The position numbers and the translations under genes were made by a program. From a virus (lineage: Duplodnaviria; Heunggongvirae; Uroviricota; Caudoviricetes): a DNA stretch of 13,750 nucleotides. The DNA is taken from the IMG/VR virus record IMGVR_UViG_3300037504_000201, positions 64,001 to 77,750 of that record. One strand, 5' to 3'. Numbering within the stretch: position 1 is the stretch's first letter; each line of letters opens with the position of its first letter. Shown here piece by piece: positions 5,832 to 13,184 of this stretch. The notes below the pieces were generated by a model. The model searched no databases, was not told where the DNA came from, and worked only from the letters and a program-made list of their open reading frames with translations.

Positions 5832-6105
5832 CGTCTCCCTCGTTCATCGGCTCAATAGCCACCAGCGGCAACCCGTCGGGCGTCCCGCCGGGATGCACGC
5901 ATATCAATACCGCCCCATCCAGATCGCGCAATTGCCCCACCGTGACGCGGCGCAAGGTTGTCAACTGCCACTCCACAGCAAACTCGCCCTCTGGCGGTAC
6001 AAAGCGGGCGATGGGCAAGCCACCAGACACAATCAACTCTCTATCGCGTCCGGCAGCACGCAATCCCTCTTTTGATACTATCCTAAAATCTGTTACCGTC
6101 TTCAT
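5782..6105 (-). CDS. Hypothetical protein, 107 aa, with possible tandem Phd/YefM-like DNA-binding repeats; probably leaderless
   Basis: ATG lies 6 nt after the -10 TATACT and has no SD. MKTVTDFR...ELIVSGGLPIARFVP and RRVTVGQLR...GLPLVAIEP both resemble the Phd/YefM N-terminal pattern. Confidence 0.6.
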   Translation of the reverse strand: MKTVTDFRIVSKEGLRAAGRDRELIVSGGLPIARFVPPEGEFAVEWQLTTLRRVTVGQLRDLDGAVLICVHPGGTPDGLPLVAIEPMNEGDDGRSDDLGGRAGTGGA

Positions 6106-6111
6106 AGTTCA

Positions 6112-6197
6112 AGTATACACGGAATCGGGTATACTGTCAAGCAATTGATGGCAAATGATGGCAAATGCTTGACAAGATTTAACAAATGGCTTATAAT
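6112..6197. promoter_or_regulatory. Main divergent control region
   Basis: Minus strand: TTGACA (6140-6135), 17 nt, TATACT (6117-6112), with inverted repeat AGTATAC-N10-GTATACT. Plus strand: perfect TTGACA (6169-6174), 17 nt, TATAAT (6192-6197). GATGGCAAAT occurs twice in tandem (6147-6166) between the -35 boxes. Confidence 0.85.
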
Positions 6198-6238
6198 GGG
6201 AGCGTCGATTGGATTTTAGTTAGGAAGGAGACTTAAAG

Positions 6239-6652
6239 ATGGATTGGATTAAAGGATCGGAAATTGCTATCGAGGTGTACGAAGAGAATCGGGATCGACT
6301 GGCTAACAAGCTAGTCGATGCTTGGGCCGTCAAGTGCGCGGAACTTGGTATCGGCGTGACCGACGAGGATTTTGTCGCCGCCAAGGACGAGTTCTTGAAC
6401 CGGTTTTTAGGCGCGCCGCGCAAGGCCAAGTCCGTGCCCACCCCCAAGCGCCGCATCGCCGTGTATGACATCAAGGATTGCGATTACTCCTTAAAGTTCT
6501 CAACATCCGATATGGGCATCGTGGCCCAGGCGCGCGAGATGGGCAACGTGTACGAGATATTCGAGGGGAAGTACGCGTTTTACGTGAGCCGTTGCTACGA
6601 CTTTTACGAGGTCGTGGCGTGGCTCGAATCTTTTAATGAGGAAGGAGAATAA
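6239..6652 (+). CDS. Hypothetical protein, 137 aa
   Basis: RBS GGAAGGAG at 6223-6230; first gene behind the consensus promoter. Confidence 0.85.
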   Translation: MDWIKGSEIAIEVYEENRDRLANKLVDAWAVKCAELGIGVTDEDFVAAKDEFLNRFLGAPRKAKSVPTPKRRIAVYDIKDCDYSLKFSTSDMGIVAQAREMGNVYEIFEGKYAFYVSRCYDFYEVVAWLESFNEEGE

Positions 6653-6655
6653 CCT

Positions 6656-7642
6656 ATGACCCGTTCAAAGTTCACGTCGTGGACCGAGTTCCGCGACACG
6701 TTGCAAGGCGGCCTGGCCGCCATGCTGGGAATGAGAGAGGGGGGCGGCGACGTCCCCGCCGGATACGCCCGGCGCATCAAGGCGCTGTATACCCGCGCCG
6801 GGATGGACTACACCGACTTTGACCGCCAGTCGATTGCGGCGAACGTGACCGACCTTGATTCGTTCGCCGAGTGGCAAAAAGGCATCAAGGCGATGTTCCT
6901 GGACATGGTCGCCAGGCTGGGTGCATTGAGTTCCGAGCTGGACGTGACCGTCAAGCCCTACAATCTGGACGGCGTCACTCTCAAGGCGACCGACTGGGAC
7001 GGCGTACACAAAGTGCGCCTCGCCATCGTCGAGGTGCTCAAGCTGATGGGCAGCCACTTGACGGCACTGGAGAGCGCGTCGGTCCAGCAACCGCCCGAAC
7101 CGCCCCCGGCGCCTGAAGAGACGACGGTCAAACCGGAGACCAAGGCGAAGGTGGAAGCGCCGGAGGCAAAGCCGGAGGTGCCAGAGGTGACCAAGGCCGA
7201 GGTCGAGGCAGCGGTGGGCAATCGCTTACCGACGCTGTCCGAGGTGATGGATCTGGTGGCAGAGAATCGCCGCCTCGTTGCGTCGTTCCCGGCGCTTGTG
7301 GCGCAAGTACGTGAGGCCGAGGACGCCAAGAAGGGCATCGAAGGCGTTATCAAGGGCATTGAGCTTGAAATCCAAGCGGCGGTGAGTAGCGAGCTAACCG
7401 AGGACGGTGATCGCGCATTCCCCAACAAGGAATCGCGTAAGGCCGAACAGTACGCGCGCACAACTGCTCACGAAGGCTTTCGTGAGTATTCGCAAAAGCT
7501 CACCAAGGCCGAGATGGACCTGGTGGCGCTTGAGGATCAGCTAGACCAGCTCGAACGCGAGCTGAGCAACAACCGCGCGATTTTGCGCATCTATGAAGGT
7601 GTGCTCAAAGCGGCGCACCTCTACATTGAAGGAGAGGACTAA
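6656..7642 (+). CDS. Hypothetical protein with a Pro/Glu-rich linker and C-terminal coiled coil
   Basis: RBS AAGGAG; linker QQPPEPPPAPEETTVKPE; heptad-like C-terminus FPNKESRKAEQY...LEDQLDQLERELSNNRAILR. TAATG overlap with the next gene. Confidence 0.85.
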   Translation: MTRSKFTSWTEFRDTLQGGLAAMLGMREGGGDVPAGYARRIKALYTRAGMDYTDFDRQSIAANVTDLDSFAEWQKGIKAMFLDMVARLGALSSELDVTVKPYNLDGVTLKATDWDGVHKVRLAIVEVLKLMGSHLTALESASVQQPPEPPPAPEETTVKPETKAKVEAPEAKPEVPEVTKAEVEAAVGNRLPTLSEVMDLVAENRRLVASFPALVAQVREAEDAKKGIEGVIKGIELEIQAAVSSELTEDGDRAFPNKESRKAEQYARTTAHEGFREYSQKLTKAEMDLVALEDQLDQLERELSNNRAILRIYEGVLKAAHLYIEGED

Positions 7643-8517
7643 TGAGTAACGAGTTGACCGTGTTTGAAAAAGATTTAGCCGAGATGGACGACCGCGAGTT
7701 GCGCGCCGCCCTGCAAGTCGGCGGGCTGGAGAAGATCGACCCCGGTAGGCACATGCCGACATTGCCACGTCTGGTTCTGGCGCAGAAGAAAGTGGGCGAA
7801 AACGTCAACCCCGGCGAGTGGTATATCTCTGGGCGCGAGGATGAGTTGGGTAGCCACGAAGTCGCCCACGTCATCCCGCTGGCGTTCCTTGGTGACGGGC
7901 AGGTCAAGTGGCCCGAGACGTTTAGCACCGAGAACATGCCAATGTGCGCCAGTGACGACGGGATCAATCCCCGTCCGTCCACTCAGCAACGCCCGCTGTC
8001 CAACCCGCAACCTGGGCCGTGCGCGACGTGCCCCGACGGACCAAATAGCTGGGGGCCGAACAACGAGCCCCCGCGATGCGCCAGCTTGCTCAAGTTCCTC
8101 GTGGCTGTCCAGTTCACCACCGACGAGGCGGAGGATCCGACCGTTTGCTTGACCAGCTTTCAGCGCACCGGCATGAACGCCGGGCGTCGCTTGGTTGAGT
8201 TGATCACGAGCCGCTATGGCGTGCGCCAGGTCATCGGCTTTTCGTCCCGCTTTAAAGAAGGGGACAAGGGCAGTTGGTACGAACCGGTCGTGGCTCGCTT
8301 GAAAGTGGTCCCCATCAAGAACCAGCGCGGAGAAGGGACCAACCCGATGGTCAAGTTGATCGCAGGCCTCAAGGCCGACAACGAGGGACGCATTGAGCGC
8401 GGCGAGCTGATTGCCGCTGCTGACGTGCGTGACGAGGGTGACGTCATCGACGGCGAGGTTGTCAACGAGACGCCCGCCCCGCCCGAAGAAGAGATGGGCG
8501 ACCCGATTCCGTTCTAG
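7642..8517 (+). CDS. Phage-type single-stranded DNA-binding or recombination protein candidate with Cys ligands
   Basis: Acidic tail ending EEEMGDPIPF, like the DDIPF tip of SSB. Cys motifs MCASDDG, CATCP and PRCAS; internal LPRLVLAQK and KGSWYEP. Confidence 0.6.
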   Translation: MSNELTVFEKDLAEMDDRELRAALQVGGLEKIDPGRHMPTLPRLVLAQKKVGENVNPGEWYISGREDELGSHEVAHVIPLAFLGDGQVKWPETFSTENMPMCASDDGINPRPSTQQRPLSNPQPGPCATCPDGPNSWGPNNEPPRCASLLKFLVAVQFTTDEAEDPTVCLTSFQRTGMNAGRRLVELITSRYGVRQVIGFSSRFKEGDKGSWYEPVVARLKVVPIKNQRGEGTNPMVKLIAGLKADNEGRIERGELIAAADVRDEGDVIDGEVVNETPAPPEEEMGDPIPF

Positions 8518-8527
8518 ATTATCAATC

Positions 8528-8555
8528 TGGCGGGGCGCCTCACGACGCCCCGCCA
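8528..8555 (+). other. GC-rich intergenic hairpin without a U tract
   Basis: TGGCGGGGCG-cctcacga-CGCCCCGCCA, immediately before the RBS of the ParM-like gene. Confidence 0.65.
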
Positions 8556-8574
8556 AAGGAGGGAGACGAGAGAT

Positions 8575-9576
8575 ATGACCAACAAACTTTTAGCCGCAGA
8601 CCTTGGCTACGGATTCACCAAAGGCCAGGCCGTCATCAATGGGGAGACACGCAGCACCTTCTCCCCTTCTGCCGTCATTGTGCGCCCGCCCGTCGGATTC
8701 TCAATCGGGCAAAAGCACATCGGCGTCGAGATCGACGGTGTACAGTACCTGGTCGGCAGCCAAGTGCGCAAGCTGGTCCCCACTGACCGGGACCACCAGT
8801 TGACGTCGGACTGGACCAAAACCGACGAATGGCTGGCGCTATTTATCACGACCGCGAGTGTCTTGTTCCCCGGCGGCGGGCAGATTGCCGTGTGTACCGG
8901 GCTACCCTTGGGGCACTACACTGAAGAGAACAAAGCGTTCCTGCAAGAGCGCATCCAAGCCGTGACGTCCATCACGCCCCTGGAGGGGGACCCCATCGCC
9001 GTGGACTTTACGACGGTGCGCGTCGTCCCGCAACCGTGGGGCACGTTCCTGTCGCTGGCATTCGACGCGCGGGGGGAGCTGACCAACGACGCGTTACTTG
9101 ACCGCCGCGTGCTGGTCGTGGACATCGGCAGCCGCACGACTAACCTGCTGGTCACCATCGACCTGGATACGGTGGACGAGGAAAGCACCACCGTGCTGGA
9201 AGGGCTGTGGGATTGCGCCGCCCGGCTCAAGGCGTGGGCCGAGGACGAGGGGCAACCCATTACGTCCGCCCAGGCACTGGATTCGCTCAAGAGCGGAAAG
9301 TACCGCTGGCGCGGGCGCGAGTACTCGTGCCGTGATACCGCCGACAAGATTCTCAACGACTTTGCCTATCGGGTGCAATCCGCAATCAGTGCCCGCTCCG
9401 GCAGCGGACTTGGCCAGATTGATAAAATCTTGGTCTCCGGTGGCGGTGGCGCGATGCTCAACGGGCGCCTTCAACGCCTGATCGACCACGGCGACATGAC
9501 CGTGGTGCCAGACGCCTTCTGGGCCAACTCAACCGGCTACATACGCTTCCTGCGCTTCTTACAGAGTCGGCAATGA
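8575..9576 (+). CDS. parM: ParM/StbA-family actin-like ATPase
   Basis: Phosphate-1 ADLGYGFTK, phosphate-2 VVDIGSRTT and adenosine VSGGGG motifs, plus TGLP and VVPQPWG. 333 aa. Confidence 0.9.
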   Translation: MTNKLLAADLGYGFTKGQAVINGETRSTFSPSAVIVRPPVGFSIGQKHIGVEIDGVQYLVGSQVRKLVPTDRDHQLTSDWTKTDEWLALFITTASVLFPGGGQIAVCTGLPLGHYTEENKAFLQERIQAVTSITPLEGDPIAVDFTTVRVVPQPWGTFLSLAFDARGELTNDALLDRRVLVVDIGSRTTNLLVTIDLDTVDEESTTVLEGLWDCAARLKAWAEDEGQPITSAQALDSLKSGKYRWRGREYSCRDTADKILNDFAYRVQSAISARSGSGLGQIDKILVSGGGGAMLNGRLQRLIDHGDMTVVPDAFWANSTGYIRFLRFLQSRQ

Positions 9577-9863
9577 GCGCCGTTACGCAGACCATCAGCT
9601 TTTTCACCGATGGGCCGGGCTATCAATATTTGCAAGCCTTGCCTGCCGGTGAGCGGTCAAGCTGGGTCCGCTCAGCGTGCGACGCCGCAGCGCAGGGCGG
9701 TGAAGAGCGACCTGGCGAACTGTTGCAAGAGATCGTCGAGCGACTTGACCGGATCGAGCGCAAACTGACCGCCGGGCACGTCGCTCGCCAGCCGGTCGAG
9801 ATGGCTGACAGCAATAACAGCGATGACCCGCGACTGGACAAGCTAACCAATCTTGGGCTATAA
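9573..9863 (+). CDS. ParR-like small DNA-binding adaptor (RHH-type N-terminus)
   Basis: ATGA overlap with parM. QTISFF...YQYLQALPAGERSSWVRSAC has the beta-alpha-alpha pattern, followed by a short coiled coil and an acidic tail. Confidence 0.65.
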   Translation: MSAVTQTISFFTDGPGYQYLQALPAGERSSWVRSACDAAAQGGEERPGELLQEIVERLDRIERKLTAGHVARQPVEMADSNNSDDPRLDKLTNLGL

Positions 9864-9868
9864 TGGAG

Positions 9869-9895
9869 AGGCGCCGGTGTACGTCCGGCGCCTTT
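9869..9895 (+). terminator. Hairpin or weak terminator after the parMR pair
   Basis: AGGCGCCGG-tgtacgt-CCGGCGCCT followed by only a short T run. Confidence 0.5.
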
Positions 9896-9910
9896 GACAA
9901 AGGAGGAGTT

Positions 9911-10180
9911 ATGGCGACGACAGGAGAGTTGGTTTATCGCGTGCTGGTCAGCACCGCAGCCGGCTATGTAAAGTACATCGAAGAAGAAGACGCCAAGCTG
10001 CTCAAGTTTTGGGGCAGCGTCTACGGACAAGGAGACATTCAAGCGTGGGCAAAAAGTCAGATCGAAGAGATCGCCGAAAGAGCAAGCAAGATCAACCTGG
10101 ATTTAGACCAACTCACATCTGCCCGGAGTGCGGCGGCCCGACACATCGAACGACTGGACCGGGCGGGCTATCAGTTTTAG
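9911..10180 (+). CDS. Hypothetical protein, 89 aa
   Basis: ATG at 9911 after RBS AGGAGGAG (MATTGELVYRV...). The track start at 9863 has no RBS and runs through the hairpin. Confidence 0.8.
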   Translation: MATTGELVYRVLVSTAAGYVKYIEEEDAKLLKFWGSVYGQGDIQAWAKSQIEEIAERASKINLDLDQLTSARSAAARHIERLDRAGYQF

Positions 10181-10202
10181 ATCGGGTGGTACGAGGATTG
10201 AG

Positions 10203-10232
10203 TTGACAGCCGGGCCAGGTTTGTGGTAGAAT
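10203..10232 (+). promoter_or_regulatory. Sigma70-type promoter for the methyltransferase operon
   Basis: TTGACA (10203-10208), 18 nt, TAGAAT (10227-10232), with a TG extension. Confidence 0.7.
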
Positions 10233-10258
10233 AGTTTTACAATCAAATAACCAAGTGG

Positions 10259-10375
10259 CCGTGGCAAGCCCAATCAGACAGTAAACCGCGCTACTATTCA
10301 GCGCCGGTAGCCGCTACCTTTGTCTGGGTAATTGCCACCGGCACCGGCTCTGAGTAGTGACGCGGTTTTTTTATT
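10259..10375 (+). ncRNA. Structured leader RNA with two interleaved pairings and a terminator-like end
   Basis: A (10261-10280, GTGGCAA..CCCA..CAGACA) pairs with A' (10321-10338, TGTCTGGG..TTGCCAC). B (10283-10308, AAACCGCG CTACT TCAG GCCGGT) pairs with B' (10343-10368), followed by a T run. The order is A-B-A'-B'. Confidence 0.6.
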
Positions 10376-10397
10376 CCCCCACACGCAAGGAGAAATA

Positions 10398-11939
10398 ATG
10401 GATAGAATCAAAATAGAAGACGTTGTAATTGTCGAGAGCAGACAACGTCGCTTGAGACGATGGCAGGTCGAACGCATTGCGAGCAAAATGCAAGAGAAAG
10501 GCTTTAACGTCTCGTACCCAATTACATTGGAGATGGATGGACAATCATTGATTGACGGTGGGCACAGGTTGGCAGCGGCAAAAGAGGCTGGCATTGAATC
10601 TGTGCCTTTTATCGTTACGGACGAGGACCCCATAGCCCATTCAATCCGCTGCAACTCGGACGGCGAGGACACCGAATCGCATGACGTGTTCGACTTGGCC
10701 GTTCTTTGCTCGAATATGTCCAACGATGGAATGACCGGCGCCGAGATCGCGCAAAGATTGGGATGGAGCACCGCTCCAATGGTTACCTATCATAAGCAAA
10801 TCAAGGAACGCCTGCATCCGAGGTGCTTTGATTTAGCTACCGGGGAATTAAATAAAAACGATAATTTGTTTAATAGCATCGACGACGATTCATTTAATCC
10901 ACAATTAAATAAATTTAATTGGCGAGTAACGCATCTTATGGAAATCGTCTCCGAAATCCCCTACACCGACCGGGCGAGTTACCGGGCGCAATGGCGCGTT
11001 ATCTCTCAGATACTTGAGCTTGCGGACAATGATAAGAAGATCACCGCTGCCAAGATCGCCAAGATCGCCAAGCGCGAATCATGGCACGCGCAACTAGGGC
11101 GTGTGATACGTGACGAATTGCTTCAGGATGTTCCATTGCGCGACTGGATAAGGCTGTGGCATAGCGTTAGGCATGGTGTATTTGGTGACAAGCAAGATGA
11201 TGAGGACTTGAGCAAGATCAAGCAAGCCATTGCGGCGCTAAATGAGCGTGCGACGGGCGTAAAACTATACTGCGATGACGCTGCAAAGCGGATACCGCAA
11301 CTTGATGATAATTCTATCGCCCTGGTTGTGACAGATCCCCCCTACAACGTCACAGATTATGATTGGGACGACAAGGGCACGCCGGATGAGTACGTGCAAT
11401 GGCTGATTGGTATACTGGAATTACTCAAGCCCAAGCTAAAGCAGGACTATCACTTGTTTATGTTCTGCGCGCCACAGCACGAAGCAGTGATAGAGATTGC
11501 ATTGCGTAACGCTGGATGGCCCATTAAGTCAAAGGTGATTTGGGAGTATCGCAATCTCGTGCAAGGTCGTGACGTAAAAGACAAATTCATCGTCAACTAT
11601 CAGCCGTGCTTCCACATCGGTACCCATGCGCTGAACTGGTCGCCGGAATGGAGTGATAAACGATTTGCCGTCCAGAATCACGCAGCGCCACAGAGTAACT
11701 TTAAAGACGGCAAGGATCACCCGCACCAAAAGCCGATTGAACTAATCGAGCTATTTGTTAAAATCGGAAGCAGCCCAGGCGATATAGTTATAGACATGTT
11801 CGCCGGAAGCGGCACGACCGGCACGGCTTGTAACAATCTTGGCGCGCGAAGATGCGTACTGATTGAACAAGATGACGATTACTGCTCTGTGATAGAGCGC
11901 AAGTTAAAGATAAGGAGAATATCTGAATGGCAGGGATAA
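10398..11939 (+). CDS. ParB-N (ParBc/Srx) domain + HTH + N6/N4 DNA methyltransferase (beta-order motifs) fusion, 513 aa
   Basis: ATG at 10398 after RBS AAGGAG. ParB-like PITLEMDGQSLIDGGHRLAAAKEAG; HTH GMTGAEIAQRLGWS; catalytic VTDPPY precedes HPHQKP and the SAM-binding DMFAGSGTT. Confidence 0.9.
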   Translation: MDRIKIEDVVIVESRQRRLRRWQVERIASKMQEKGFNVSYPITLEMDGQSLIDGGHRLAAAKEAGIESVPFIVTDEDPIAHSIRCNSDGEDTESHDVFDLAVLCSNMSNDGMTGAEIAQRLGWSTAPMVTYHKQIKERLHPRCFDLATGELNKNDNLFNSIDDDSFNPQLNKFNWRVTHLMEIVSEIPYTDRASYRAQWRVISQILELADNDKKITAAKIAKIAKRESWHAQLGRVIRDELLQDVPLRDWIRLWHSVRHGVFGDKQDDEDLSKIKQAIAALNERATGVKLYCDDAAKRIPQLDDNSIALVVTDPPYNVTDYDWDDKGTPDEYVQWLIGILELLKPKLKQDYHLFMFCAPQHEAVIEIALRNAGWPIKSKVIWEYRNLVQGRDVKDKFIVNYQPCFHIGTHALNWSPEWSDKRFAVQNHAAPQSNFKDGKDHPHQKPIELIELFVKIGSSPGDIVIDMFAGSGTTGTACNNLGARRCVLIEQDDDYCSVIERKLKIRRISEWQG

Positions 11940-12511
11940 CAAGGGTGAACATCACCGACGGTGTCAGTGGTCGCGGCGCGCAAAGATTTAGGGATGCGCA
12001 AAGACTGTGGCCCGTTGCTAATAAATTATACAGGGAAATCTTTAATGATATGGGATGCTCTCTTAAAGACGGTGATGCGCTACTCGATTGCGCGGGTGAT
12101 GAATTTTACGCCGGGTACGACCACTCGCTTGGGATAGACACGGTTTTAAGAACTGAGCAAGGTAACATACTCACAATGCAAGAGAAGTTCTTGTTTACGC
12201 CATTTAACACTGTTACTGTTGAGTATATGCAGAACCAAACAACGGGCGAGCATGGCGATTGGTTTAATATCAAGTGCCAGCTTTACTTTGTGGGCTATGA
12301 TTATCCCCAGACGGGTAAGAGATTTGTTAGTTGGATTTTATTGGATTGGGCGCGCGTTGTCTTGGCGACGCAAAAGGGTCAAATAAACTGGAAGCTAAGG
12401 CCAAATAAATGGGATGGAGCAAAAGCAAATTTTAGATACGCCTCAATAGCTGATATTCCAAAATATTGCTGCATTCGCAGGGGCGGCCGTTGGCAGGATG
12501 GTAGATTATAA
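11927..12511 (+). CDS. PD-(D/E)XK-like nuclease-fold protein
   Basis: RBS AAGGAG at 11912-11917; start overlaps the methyltransferase 3' end. GID-x11-TMQEK...TVTVEY resembles a PD-(D/E)XK core. Confidence 0.55.
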   Translation: MAGITRVNITDGVSGRGAQRFRDAQRLWPVANKLYREIFNDMGCSLKDGDALLDCAGDEFYAGYDHSLGIDTVLRTEQGNILTMQEKFLFTPFNTVTVEYMQNQTTGEHGDWFNIKCQLYFVGYDYPQTGKRFVSWILLDWARVVLATQKGQINWKLRPNKWDGAKANFRYASIADIPKYCCIRRGGRWQDGRL

Positions 12512-12714
12512 TGTCTAACCTAATCCACCGTCAACTCGACAACATCCTAACCTGCTACGAGCAAGCCGCAACGCTTCCGCGCAACAGCCCCGGCGCATGG
12601 CACAATGCACTAATCAAGGCCGTGCGCGACGCGGGATATGATGTGCGCAATTATCGAGAAGCCAAGGAGAAAGCAAGTGAAGTCATCAACGCTTACACCC
12701 GACCAACGCGCTGA
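12511..12714 (+). CDS. Small hypothetical protein, 67 aa (paralog 1)
   Basis: TAATG overlap with the upstream gene; similar in sequence to 12677-12880. Confidence 0.75.
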   Translation: MSNLIHRQLDNILTCYEQAATLPRNSPGAWHNALIKAVRDAGYDVRNYREAKEKASEVINAYTRPTR

Positions 12715-12880
12715 AATCATCGCAATGTATGAGTATGTTTTGAGTCGTGAAGATGCTTACGGCGTGGCTGGCGGTGCTCATTGGGAACTGCTGGCTTGTC
12801 TTGATCAGTGTGGCATTCGGTGTAATAGCACCGACGAGGCCAAGCGCATCGCCAGTGAGGTGTATAATGGAAAACGTTAA
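12677..12880 (+). CDS. Small hypothetical protein, 67 aa (paralog 2)
   Basis: GTG at 12677 after RBS AAGGAG gives MKSSTLTPDQRAEII...ASEVYNGKR. The track start is 12638. Confidence 0.75.
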   Translation: MKSSTLTPDQRAEIIAMYEYVLSREDAYGVAGGAHWELLACLDQCGIRCNSTDEAKRIASEVYNGKR

Positions 12881-13184
12881 CCCAGGCGACGTCTTACGCA
12901 TTGCCGGACACTGCGGCGTCGTCGTCGCCGTGTATCACTCAAGCGACGCGCCGCCGGTGCTCAAGGTGGTATTTGTAAAGAACGCTGTTCGCCAGAACGT
13001 CGCCGAGTTGGTTGACTTGGGTGTTGTGCCGGATCGCGTAGTGCAACCGGCGACAGTTGATGATCTAAGAGAGGAATGGGGGACAATCATAGACAGACAA
13101 CAGCGCTTCGTTGACGAATTGATAATCTTGGCAGGAGACACAGAGTGCCCCCACCATCACCGCCGCCAAACAAACCCACAGTAG
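12867..13184 (+). CDS. Hypothetical protein, 105 aa, with a KOW/SH3-like N-terminus
   Basis: ATG at 12867 after RBS GAGGTG; begins MENVNPGDVLRIAGHCGVVVAV. The track start at 12747 lies inside the upstream gene. Confidence 0.7.
   Translation: MENVNPGDVLRIAGHCGVVVAVYHSSDAPPVLKVVFVKNAVRQNVAELVDLGVVPDRVVQPATVDDLREEWGTIIDRQQRFVDELIILAGDTECPHHHRRQTNPQ

Noticed and set aside
6665-9489. Long minus-strand and alternate-frame ORFs such as 6665..7090, 6958..7461, 7675..8556, 8916..9356 and 9094..9489
   Set aside because: They mirror well-supported plus-strand genes, which is expected with high GC3 codon bias; they have no motifs or RBS.
9835-9864. TGGACA-N18-TATAAT possible promoter at the end of the ParR-like gene
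   Set aside because: The -35 is imperfect, the site is inside coding sequence and is followed at once by a hairpin; plausible but too weak to list.
10332-10397. Track's TTG start for the methyltransferase
   Set aside because: It lies inside the structured leader with no SD. ATG at 10398 has AAGGAG at good spacing.
11049-11072. GCCAAGATC tandem repeat
   Set aside because: It is a short in-frame repeat encoding AKIAKIAK with no sign of phase variation.
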